Assembly: GCA_021613535.1 (NCBI GenBank) | Contig: CP075492.1 | Span: forward strand, 12,524,001 to 12,588,000 | DNA length: 64,000 nt | Origin: Adineta vaga | Taxonomy: Eukaryota > Animalia > Rotifera | Direction: 5' to 3' | Shown: piece by piece, positions 13,187-25,192 of the stretch | Position numbering within the stretch: the first letter of the stretch is position 1 | Layout: every line of letters starts with the position of its first letter | Made by a program: the position numbers and the translations under genes | Notes under the pieces: model-generated | What the model was told of the DNA's origin: nothing | Databases searched by the model: none | What the model saw: only the letters and a program-made list of their open reading frames with translations

Positions 13187-16100
13187 ATGGGTAAAAAACT
13201 TCAACAAAATCGATTAAAACATAAATTTACTAGAACTTCAACAAAAGAAGGTAACAAAACATGTCTCATTCTTCTCTTTAATTCATGTTCATTTTTCAGG
13301 TGGAACAATGAAAATTTTCGGCGATGAATTAAATCCTTGTATACCATATAAAACATTTCTTCTTTCAATCAATGATACAGCAGAATGGATCGTGAAAGAA
13401 ATGTTATGCAAATATGGATTGAAATATGAAGATCCAATTAATCATTGTCTATTACAAGTAATCATTGTTACTTTCGTTTTGAAAAATATCTGTACACTTC
13501 TTCTTTTTTTTCTTCAAGATTATTCTTCCATCATATAATCAAATGGATAATAAATCAATTAAAGAAGTGATACTTCATGATAAAGAATGTCCATTACATG
13601 TTTATTTGAATCATATACAAAAAAATCAAGGTGAATCATTGAAAGAAAGCGAAGACTTTTATTGTTCAGATCAATTTCAAAAATTTGTTTATATTTATAT
13701 AGGATCAATTATCTTCAAAATAATCAGATCACCAGTAGAATATATTGAAGTTCGTAAACGTCTCTATGCACAAGAATTAGCTTTGAAAATATCGCAAATT
13801 CCAACGATAGAAGATCGAACTATTAATGATCAACGTCCTATGCTTATCGAAGTTAATTATGGTAAATGATTTTCCTTCTTCTTCTTCTATACAAATAAAA
13901 ATTTCTTCATTTTAGATGGTACGGATCTTTTAACACCTCGAATTTGTAAACTTCATTCGAATACTACCTATGTTGGTCGTGATACAAGAGCAGCAACAAA
14001 TAAACAATACCTATTTGTAAATAGTTTTCATTTGTCGGAGAAAGATTATAAATACATTGTAGATTGATGGTTCAACGATTGATCGTGATCATTGTATTAT
14101 AGAAAATCAAAATGGTTTAGTAAGATTAATTCCACGTGGTGAAGTAAGTTTGAATGGTAAAGTTGTTTCAATACCATTTACTCTTCAACATGGTGCATTG
14201 ATTTGTTTCGGACGAAATATTCTATTTCGATATGTTGATCCACGAATTGCTCAGAAAATAAAACGTATTCGTATCGAAAATCCAGTTAAATCATCGGTGT
14301 ATAGTTCCGCACCGGTTTTATCAGCGAAAACAAATATTCAACAAAAGAAAACATCACCGGTTAATGCAACGGATCCTGGGTATGTTGATCAATTTTAATT
14401 GCTATAAAAATAAAACTTATTTTTATTATTATTTAGAGCAAAAATCGATGTTCTACCTGGTTTATTAGATGTTCCTACTGAAAGTAAGTTCATCACTATA
14501 TCGATTCAAAAGATAAATAATTTTACATTTGAACATATCATTGACCATCATCAGCTAACTTTCTATCTTCATTCTAGCGGAAATACGTTTTCTTCGTGCT
14601 GTTTTTGCGGATTATCCTTTAACTGATATACATTTTCGTTTATTTCCTGCTTACACACTTTACATGACATTAAGATATCGTTTATCACCATATGGAAATA
14701 CGAATATTTCATTTATACAAAAACAAAAAGATGTTCGATCTTTTCTCTATCGTATTGAAGATATGTTCAATAAAAAGATTGAAGTAAACTATTCATTATT
14801 CTCAATTGTACATTACTGATATTCTATTTTGATAGGAATGTCAACATCATGGTGATTATCTTGCTTATTGGTTAGCAAATATTTCTGAATTTATTTATTT
14901 TTTAAAAGAAGATCGAGATTTAACAAAACTTTCTTCAGATATTCAAATCCATTTAATTTCCTTTACACAACGATTATTTTATTACTTTATTAATCTTTTG
15001 CAAAATGTGTTCGATAAATATCTCATTGCACTTATTAATATTCATTCGGAAAACAATTTAAATGAACCTCATCCACCAACATTGGATGATTTACTTAGAT
15101 TACTTTCATCAATATTAAATTTATTACATAAATGTCGTGTTAATCCGAGTTTAACAGTACAAATCTATTCACAAATATTTCTCTATATCAATACATGGTT
15201 ATTTAATCGAATGATCGGTTATTCAGATTTGAAACTATGTTCGTCTATTTGGGGAGAAAGATTATCATTAAGATTGAAATCAATTATCAGTTGGGCACAA
15301 AAGCAAGGTTTAGAATTTCCATCAGAATGTCATCTATTGAAAGTTAATCAATTATGTTCGTTATTAAAAAGTTCAAAACGTAATGCTGATGATGCTCAAC
15401 AATTATTGACAAATACTTCATGGAAAATGAATTCAATACAAGTTAAACATATTTTGAAAAATTATATTCTAGATAAAAATGAATCTCCAATAGCGAATGA
15501 TTTTAGTGAAACGTGAGTTTTGTGTATAAGAACTGATCATAGTTTAAGAAAGTAATTGATTTTCAGACTTATAACTGCGGCTCATAAATATGTCGATGAA
15601 AATTTACATCGAAAAGGTCTTATCGTTCAATTAGCTGAAGAAATTGATGTCGATGTGCCAATTATATTACCAGAAGATGGATATACATTCGAAACTTTGC
15701 ATGGAATACCTCAACAATTGTTTCAATTTATTGAATCAATCAATCGATCAACATTATGTCGTTTACTGATTAATCCTCATACTCGTGGAATGTGGACAGA
15801 ATTTATGTCTTTGTCAAAAGTAAATATTGAGATTTCGTTTAAAATGATTAATATTTATACATATGTTTAGAAAGAAGATCGCGATCATGATCGAATCGAA
15901 AAGATCGTGTTGAATAAAAGAGAAAATAGTTTTGGTATAAGTATTGTTTCAGCAACAGTAAGATAACCTGATTGAAAATTGATTTTTATTTCGAAATAAA
16001 TAATTTCCTTTTTTCATAGAGTAATTCTCAACAATATCAAGGTATTTATATCAAAGCAATCGTACCCAATGGTGCTGCAGAAAAAGATGGACGTCTTCAA

Positions 16101-17826
16101 GCAGGTGATCAAATTCTTCGTGTTGATCGAATTAATTTTATTGATATGACGCAAGAAAAGTAACGATAAGAAACATTCTAGATTTGACATTTCCTTGTTT
16201 TTATGCATTAGAGCTGTCGAAATTCTTAAACAGTGTGGTGATTCAATTACATTACAAATACTTAAAGATGCAGCAAATCGTCATGGTCTCTCTACCATAC
16301 TTGATCCACCAACTGAAATTCAACAAGAATTTACACGTTTTCCTTCACCATTGAGTTCTTCGGTGATATCAAATCAACCAGCACCTTCTACAAATTCATT
16401 ACAAACATTGAACATCTATGAATCCCTGTTGCCTGTTCAACAACCACTGCCAGTACAACCATCAACTAGTTATACAACAGAACCTTATCAATCAACCTCA
16501 GGACTCGCCTATTCAAAACAGTGCAATAATCATCAGAGAAATACTGAATCAGGAAATTTCATTCGTTCAACTAATCGAACACAATCATTTATGACTCGAA
16601 GTACATCTGCAACTCGACCAGTCATTCGTCGAGAAGATATTCCACCAGATCAGAATGAAAACTATCGCGTAAAATCTGTTATTGCACCAAACATGTTATC
16701 GAAACCAATGGTTCGTTCAAGTGCATTCACAAGACAAGCAAACCTAGTATATTATTTTTTATTCTAAAATCTTTACAAGACTTTTCACATTTAGATACAT
16801 GGTACTGATGTTGTAAATCATCTATCATCACCTATGAAGTGAGTTCATCGTCATCTTTTCATCCTCACATATCTGAATAGCAACTTGAAAATTTTTTGAT
16901 TGGGAAGGGATATTTTAGAAGAGTAGGAAAAGTTCTTTACGACATCTCTTGTCCTTTGATTTTGAATGGCTCTTCCGAAATGACGTAATTGTTTCGTTCA
17001 CAAACTGACCTTGAAGTGTTTTCGATTCAGTTATTCTCATTACCTTCGAAAGTATTGTGTATATTCACCAACTGATATTTTCATGTCCTTGAAATTTAAA
17101 GAATAGACGATTAGTCAAACCCAGCTGGCGATATTTTTCAGTCGAAAAAATCTAAATGCATCTATTTTTTTTTCTTTTCATTCGAAGAAAACAACAAGAA
17201 CCAATCAAATTAATTAATACATATCGAACTAATCTGAAGGATATCCGTCGAAAACGTATTGATGATTTATTAACTAAGATTCATCGAACAGAAAATGAAG
17301 AGAAAGAACTAAAGTATATGATTCATCATTTTACATCTTCTAATAAGTTATATAATTCTTTGACGTAGTGATTTACAACTAGATGATGAATTTGATCATC
17401 GTGTCGGTGAATTTTACTCGCAAACTAATAATAGACAAGTAAGTATATGACAATAATCCATTTTTTGTTTACATAGATCTATCTTTTCTAGACTTCAACT
17501 TCGTTAGCCAATGATCTGGATGACGAGTAAACCCTCGAATTATTTCTTCTACTCCTTGATAAGATGCCTTTTTTTAAATATATTTTAGATTACGACGTCG
17601 TTTGAAACAATTTGAAAAAGATCGTGAAGCTGAACGAGCTGATATCAATCGGTTATTAGCTAAACGTGAAGCACATTTGCATAAGGATCAAATCGTATCA
17701 AATATCCAAGAATATGATTCTCCACCTGATTCCAATCTTAATGATTTTAAAACTCGTCGAATGTGTGAAGAAGATCGCCGAATTGAACAGACAAGTTTAC
17801 CGAAATATTTACTAAGATTTCAATGA
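13187..17826 (+). CDS. Afadin/canoe-like protein (RA, FHA, DIL, PDZ, C-terminal coiled coil)
   Basis: [23 protein letters not shown] (afadin RA2-like); HCIIEN...[11 protein letters not shown] (FHA); [16 protein letters not shown]...WAQKQGLE (DIL); SFGISIV...[19 protein letters not shown] (PDZ). Confidence 0.85.
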
Positions 17827-17975
17827 ACTTTTAAATATTTAGTAGAACTTATTTTGATGAAAGAATCATCAATAATATTCTTTTTTCTTCTTGTTTGTCT
17901 CTTGAGAAAAATAAATCTTTGTATTTTCTTTTTCTTCTAATTTCTCAGATATACATCCTTTTTTTCGTTCATATA

Positions 17976-19451
17976 ATGGCAATGATAAATGATTGTGATC
18001 ACAATTTACTTGTTTGGATTGATTTGGAAATGAGTGGATTGGATTTAAATATTCATACAATTGTGGAAATAGCGATAGCAATCACTGATTTTCATTTAAA
18101 AAATTTTATTGAAGGTTCGATTGTTTTCTTTTCTTTTCTTTTCATTGAGGAACAAAAAGCGAACGATTGCAATTTGTATATGATTTTCTATCAGGTCCAG
18201 ACATTGTTATTCATCATGAACAGAATGTTTTGGATCGAATGAATGATTGGTCAAGAGAACAACATACAAAATCAGGATTAATTGATTTGATTCGAAAAAG
18301 TCAAGTCTCGTTGCATGATGCTGAAACAATGGTGTTAGATTTTCTAAAACAATATTGTCAAATCGGTAGTGGTATTCTTGCAGGAAATTCAGTGTTTGTC
18401 GATCGATGGTGAGATTTATTACTACATAGTTTTTCAAGATGTTAATGAATAAGACTTTGAATTGTATATTTAGTGTCAGAATTTATCTTTCGAGAAACAA
18501 TCATCTTCGCTTATGAAATAACACTTCTTTTTACAATTCATTTTAGGTTTATTGAAAAATACATGCCACGCCTTAATGCCATTCTTCATCCAAGTATTGT
18601 TGATTGTAAGTGCATATTCACACCTTCTTCTTTGTTCCAAATAACTTACTATATAGGATCATTTTTGTTTTCAAGGTAGTACTCTCAAAGAATTAACCTT
18701 ACGTTGGCAACCAATACGATATACGAAACGACCTCATAAACAAATGATGCATCGTGCACGTGATGATATTAAAGAATCTATTAATGAACTTAATCATTAT
18801 CGACAACAGTAATATCCACATTGTTCTTTTTCTTGCTTCTCTAATACATGCAATCAATGTGTTTCTTTTTCTAGTAATTTTTATCTTGGTTGGCATGCTC
18901 TTCGATATCCTCCATATATTGCAGCACCTACTCTTTCAAATCCTCGTACTCATTTAGTCTGGCTAAAAACTGATACTGATCAAATTAATCATGTCTATGT
19001 GATAATTACTGATGGAAATTTAAATCTTTTAAATGAACTTTATCTTGATATGAATAACAAATGCAATCAATATTCTTTATTAGTTGGTTTTTTACATAGA
19101 AATATTTTAGTTAATCGATGTTCACCAATTTGTGGTCAACGTGTTCATATTGATCGAGCAAGACTTGAACGTGTTGCACCAGAATTTCTCGCTTGTTGTC
19201 ATTATCGTAGTATTGATGTCGATGTTTTAAATGTTCTTTGTCGACGATGGGCTAAACAAGTTTATGAAAGTCGACCGTAAATTGATTTTTTTCAAATATA
19301 CATCTCATCTACTAATTTCTATTTTCTTTTTAGAATGATACAAATAGATTCGAATGATCTAGTTGCAGAACTGAAAGGATCAATTCAATTGTTGCAATAT
19401 TATCGTGCAAATATATTTAAATCGGATCTTTTTGTACAACAAAAGAAATAA
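17976..19451 (+). CDS. REXO2: Oligoribonuclease (Orn/REXO2 family) with a second, degenerate Orn domain fused C-terminally
   Basis: Domain 1: LVWIDLEMSGLD, MNDWSREQHTKSGL, LAGNSVFVDR, STLKEL..RW, HRARDDIKES. Frame continues via a phase-2 intron into LVWLKTD...ITDGNLN...CGQRVHIDR...HYRSIDV...CRRW...SIQLLQYYRANIF. Confidence 0.85.
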
Positions 19452-19853
19452 TAAAATAAAGAGAATGTGCATATTATACGAAGGACGATAAAGAATGTGT
19501 TGATGACCGAGAGATAAAATAAAATGCGAGAATGAAGAATGTATTTATAAAGTACAATATCTAGTATTCGATAAGACATTGACTTACCAATGCTGTTCTA
19601 TCATAAAAGGGAGAGAGAGAGAGAGAGAGAAATGGTAAGAACCATTACCATCATTCTATCTATATCATAAAGTTATTATAAAATGACAAGAGTAGAGAGA
19701 TGAAAAAAAGGTAAGGAATAAAATGTATTACGTATGTATTGCCAAGACAAATAATGGTTTTGAATGATAAAAATCTTTTATGAACTGTTGCTTGATCAAA
19801 TGCGCGCGCACATCAATTGACGATTATCTATTCGTTTAAAAGAAGTCTGATTG

Positions 19854-20498
19854 ATGACATTCTTCTTGTTCGAATCGACTCTTTTCTTTCTCTATATATT
19901 AATTATCTTACTTTCATTTATTCTTCATAAATTAATTCTATTTCCTCGAGTTAAACTCTCGATTTCATATGTTTCCATCTATATTATTATCATAGGTCTA
20001 TTAGTAAGCAATGATCTCCTTTTTGCATTTATTTACAAAAATATTTCTCCAACATTTATGAACACTTTTCTATTCATTGATGCTTTTCTTACCGGTGCAC
20101 TTCTTGCATTGCTCGTGCATATTTATTCGTATTCATATACAATCTTCCATCTTTTTCTTATCATAATAATAATGATGATTATATTAGATAATTCTCATTT
20201 GAATCAATTCAAAAAAACTTCTCTATTAAGTAATTATCTAAATGATTTTATTCTTCTTCTTCTCATTCATCTTTTACATATTCTGTATTGTTTCTTAAAT
20301 GGTCTTCGAACATATATGCATCGTTTGATTGCATTGAGTGGAATGTGTCTTTCGTTTTACATGATCTTATACCAACAATTTAACATTGAATTTGAAATTC
20401 CAATGCCAATGATTATTATGCATTTTGTACAATCAATTCGGGCATTTTTTCTTTATTCAGTTGTGATTTGTGTTCGTAATCGAATGTCGTATTGGTAG
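19854..20498 (+). CDS. Intronless multipass (about 6-7 TM) membrane protein, family not recognised
   Basis: 214-aa hydrophobic ORF with alternating hydrophobic stretches. Confidence 0.6.
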   Translation: MTFFLFESTLFFLYILIILLSFILHKLILFPRVKLSISYVSIYIIIIGLLVSNDLLFAFIYKNISPTFMNTFLFIDAFLTGALLALLVHIYSYSYTIFHLFLIIIIMMIILDNSHLNQFKKTSLLSNYLNDFILLLLIHLLHILYCFLNGLRTYMHRLIALSGMCLSFYMILYQQFNIEFEIPMPMIIMHFVQSIRAFFLYSVVICVRNRMSYW

Positions 20499-20958
20499 AA
20501 ATCATGAAAAAAACGCGTTCTTTTTTTCAAGATGTCGATGAAGAAGAAGAAGAAGAAGAAGAAAAAGAAGACGAGGAAAAAATCGAAACGTTATATGATG
20601 TTGTTTTTTCAACCAACAACACCTACAATATCGGTACTGTTTTGCTAAAAAGAAAAGAAGGAGAAAGAAAGGAATAAAGAGAGAGAGTGAATTTGTTTCA
20701 TATTGCTTTTTTCTTTTTCTTTTTTTTTGTTAAGTGTCTGATTAATAAATATAGAAAGAATGCAAACTAGAGTCATGTTTTCTTTTCACATGTACATGTA
20801 AGAGAGTCTACTTTTATTCTTGTTACTATCGAACGTACATTACTATTGACTAGTAGTTCATTTTCTTTACAAGAATTTTTCATTTCTAATAGAGACTATC
20901 GAATATATTTTTTCTCACTCTTGTCATTTGCAATGTTTTATTTCTGTAGATATGTTCA

Positions 20959-23558
20959 ATGGCATTGCATAAATTATCGAAACCGAAAACATTTCATGTA
21001 GATTATTGTGGTTGTACAGCAGCAGCATTACTATTAAATGATCAAACAGTACGCGATGCAATTGATGTTATTCATCAAGTGAAAACAAAACGTGATTTTG
21101 TTAAAACAACAGTCACGATATCAAAAGATGGTGTGAAAATAATTTATAATAATGAACCAAAATTTTCGACGACTGTACCTGCAACGATGATTGCTGGGTC
21201 AACACTTGGTAAACCTTCTTTACATAATACTGTCGGTATGTTATTAAATTTCAAATAGAAAGGAAAAGAAAAACTTCTCTCTCTCTCTCTCTTTTTTTTG
21301 TCAATATTTTAATCAGGTGTTGTATATATTTCACCCTTGACTGGTCAGCATTATCCCGCATTTGTTCATGTTTATCGATGTGATTCATCACGTACTGCTC
21401 AAAAATTTCTTTTACGTCTACGTGCATATCTATATCCTGAAAGTCATCGTCTTCGAATTTGTCAACTAGAACAACAATTACTTGATCGAAATTTACTAAA
21501 TATTGATCGTTTTAATGCAGCCAAAGCACAAAAAAAATCATCAACACCAACGACAGTGACATCAAATGATAATCGAAAAGAAAATCAAGTCGATCCGATT
21601 AAATCAATAACGGAAGAATTTCAAAAGAAGATTGATTCACAAGAACCTATTCTTTTTCCACCGAAAGATTATGATACACTACATGCTAAACATGGCGACA
21701 TTCAACGAGCACAAGTATGGAAAAGTACTGAGGTAAAGAAAAAAATACATCTTTTTTTATCAGGTCACTATATATATATTGCCTAGATTTTCATTTCCAA
21801 GGTTATCCTCTATTTCCTTTCTTTTTGATCAATCAATAACACATCAATTGTACTGAGCGAAGTACGAAGTGAAAAAGAAAGAAAAAAGAAAACCTTGTTG
21901 ATATTCGTACATATGAAAAGAAAAAAAAAGAGTAAATTCAGTGAGCGATTAGACTTTCTCTCTCGTTTTCGCTCTACATATTGATGATTAAAAGTAACCG
22001 ACATTCTCGTTGTTGCCGCCTTTTTGTCATCATCTTCTGTTGGCTAAATATACATACAGACTTTCTCTTTGTCTCTCTCTCTCTCTGTCTCTCGCGCGCT
22101 TCGTCCCTTTCTCCTATTCGTGTATACTCCCACTTCAAATGTAACAACAATATTCAGGCACATTATTCATTGATTGAAAGATTAACATCTCTCCTACGTT
22201 ATTCTATTTGTTTGGAGAGTAGTAAATGACCGTTTTACCTTTTTTTTCTTTAAAAGCACTATTTACTTGATATGACATAATCAGTTAATATGGTACGTCT
22301 CAAACATGAATTTCAAACATCACCAAGTTTTACTACATTTTTCACTGCGAAATTACGATCTAGTTATGAGATGTGTTTTGGATCAAAGGTGATAATATTT
22401 CATTTAGAAGACCTTTTTTTATAATTATGATATATAATTCTAATATTATTCTGTTTTTAGCCGACCATTGTTGGTTATTCACCATTAGATTCAGGTGATA
22501 TTCCGACGCGTCGACAAATACAAACGGATTCTCTTTCAAAAATCGATGAACATAAAAACAATGATATCCTTGAACATAGCAGATCAATTACTCCTCAAAA
22601 TGATCCCACCATTGATCCGGTAATAAACTCATTTACTAATGTTGGAAAGTAGCATAATCAACGCTATATTTGTTTTTCTTTCTCACAGGTAGAAACTGTT
22701 AGTTTAGCTTTTGATTTTCTCAAAGATGAAACGGGTTCAATTTTTACTGATACCGATGGTAATATTGAACACATAGATGTTCAACAACACAACAAACTAC
22801 CAGTTTATCGTTTTCGTCCACCGCAAATCACTGCCATTACGAAGTATGTATTGAAATATCTGAACATAGATCTAGCGATCAATTCGATTGTGATTTATCT
22901 TCTTCATAGAAAATTATTTACTAGAAATAATAATTATGAATTAACGAATAACGTTCCACAATCAAATTCATCTTCACGAAACAATTTAGACGTTCATTAT
23001 GAAAATAATAATAATCGTCACCATCATTATGTACAGAATGGACATAGAACTCCGCCAGAAGCACGTTTATATAGTGATGATCAACAACATCGTCAGCAAT
23101 TCCGTCCTCATTTTGAAAATCGTTTAATCAATGGTAGTGGCATTCCCATCGCTACGAATCCACTTTGGTCACCACCCTCATCTTCGTTGGTTAGTTCACA
23201 ACCAAATTTATTATCGCATCAAAAAACTGTCGATATCACTCCATTTCATCGTCAATTAAGTCCGGAAAGAAATAATGAAATATCTTCCACGCCATTAAAA
23301 AATCCTCTTTATGCAAGTGATCCTGATAATCGATCGGATTTACTTTCATTTCATCAGAAAAAATCAACACCAGTACAGCATCAATTAAATAGAAAACAAA
23401 AAACACAATCACAATATCTTGATACGAATGAATTTATTCTATGTGCATCGAACGGTCAACCATTAAGAAAGACTCAACATCCTAATAGATATGCTTCAAA
23501 AGAATATAGACCTCATTCAATGAATGTAAATGGTACTCTACTTGATGTGTATTATTAA
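20959..23558 (+). CDS. PTB/PID-domain adaptor-like protein, multi-exon
   Basis: FHVDYCGC, VTISKDGVKI and FVHVYRCDS...AQKF fit a PTB fold; then PILFPPKDYDT and a low-complexity tail ending LDVYY*. Confidence 0.7.
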
Positions 23559-24114
23559 TGTTTTTCCTCTAGCCAATTCATACACAGTTTTGTTTGAAAA
23601 GGAACAGTGAGGTGAACACCTATCTATGCGAGTATGTAGTATCTACTAAGTCTTTATTTTTTGACATATTATCTGTTTGTATTGACCATAATTAAAATGA
23701 TTACTAAACTTATATTTCATTTTTCCAATTGTATTTAATTGCTTTTCTGAATATCGACAAAAAGATTGATACCAATATCATTTATGACAATTTATCGTCT
23801 ATGTATATAGGTTTAATTCGTTTGCTTTATTTTTCTTTCGCTCAATTTACTATTCACAATTTAGCATAATTACAAATACAAATGTATGCTTTTCAAGTAT
23901 GAAAAAAAAATGGTAATATATCAAAAAGTGATTGACATATAATTCAAGTTCTATGTTAGTTGCAAACAGTCTAATTCGACAAATTAATTTCGTTAGTTGT
24001 TTCAAAACATTCATACTATTTATATCATTTCTCAATAGAACATCGGTACTGTTGTTGATAAAAAGAAAATCAAGTTAATCAAAATAATGCATGTACTTTC
24101 GAAACAATTCAAGC

Positions 24115-24641
24115 CACTGCTATTACCTACACTCGCTGATTCAATCTCTATAGCGAGGTAGGAAATACAGTGAAGTAAACTTTCGAATTATCAACAGAGA
24201 AAATACATAAACGATGATAATTTATCAATTCGACTACTGTCCAGGAATGCATCGCTCATTCATAAATCCGAGCGAGGTATAACTGAACAGTTGTCTAATA
24301 GATAGAAGAAAACTTGGAAATAAGTTCACGTACAAATGGCATTAGTAACTGTTTGCTGTACTTCGCTGTCTTTCATTTCGCATAGCGTGGCACAGCAGAA
24401 CAGTAGCTAATACACACGACTAGAAAATAAAAAAAGATTTGCTTTCTTATACGCATTATCACCGTCCCTGCATCTCCCTAGTCTTTTCATGTACCCAAGG
24501 GAGGCACATCGAACAGTGAAAGTGCGTGAAGAAATAAAAACTAACCGATGACAAACGATTTTCACACAGTTTTCACCGGCCAACAGACACGCCGTATTGC
24601 ATATCGAAGCGTTCCTGATTACCGGTGATCACGTTAGAAAA
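24115..24641 (+). ncRNA. Cluster of five related pre-miRNA-like hairpins (candidate miRNA polycistron)
   Basis: Stem-loops at 24115-24172, 24221-24306, 24341-24411, 24443-24534 and 24559-24641 with related 3' arms, ~110-119 nt period. Strand is tentative. Confidence 0.6.
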
Positions 24642-25192
24642 GGTTTTTTTTCTGCTCATCTTTGCACCTTACCATATCGACGAGAAAATAAAATCGTATG
24701 AATAAATAGATATACTATCACATCTTTTTATATCGATCGTTACAAACGGACGAACGAAACACATATTCTTAAAGAGAAAATATTGTGATGTCACTGGAGA
24801 GAGTGATGCGTCCGCAATGTAAACAAAGAATTCATCTGTATATCCCTGGATGATGGTGATATTGCTGCCGACGTAAAGAGACAAACATGCCTATATTCAC
24901 GAGTCATATCGTCAACTATCACTTTCGCATTGATTTATGGCGTCAGAAATCGTTCGACTAGTTATACTGTTGATTATTGACAAAATCAAATTCATATATT
25001 TTTTAAATATAAAAGACAAAGACCACAAAATTGTATCACAAACTTGAACACAGACAAAAGGACAAGAAAACATTTATAGTTAGTAACATATTATATAGAC
25101 GTTATTCACTTTGTAGCACGCTTGTATTTGTTATATAAACAAAAGGAAATGTACTCTTTGAAGCTAAGAACAAAAATAACAAAAGAAAAATT

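Noticed and set aside
19611-19630. (AG)n tract, and (AT)n tracts near 12727 and 43089
   Set aside because: Ordinary microsatellites.
24115-24641. CRISPR-like or tRNA-array reading of the periodic hairpins; partial matches to miR-276*, miR-71 and miR-36
   Set aside because: Units are diverged hairpins rather than identical repeats, with no cas genes and no cloverleaf. The miRNA matches are short and sit in the wrong arm or the loop.
24670-24870. Possible sixth and seventh hairpins continuing the array
   Set aside because: Pairing is weak and AT-rich, and the AGCG-type arm motif is absent.
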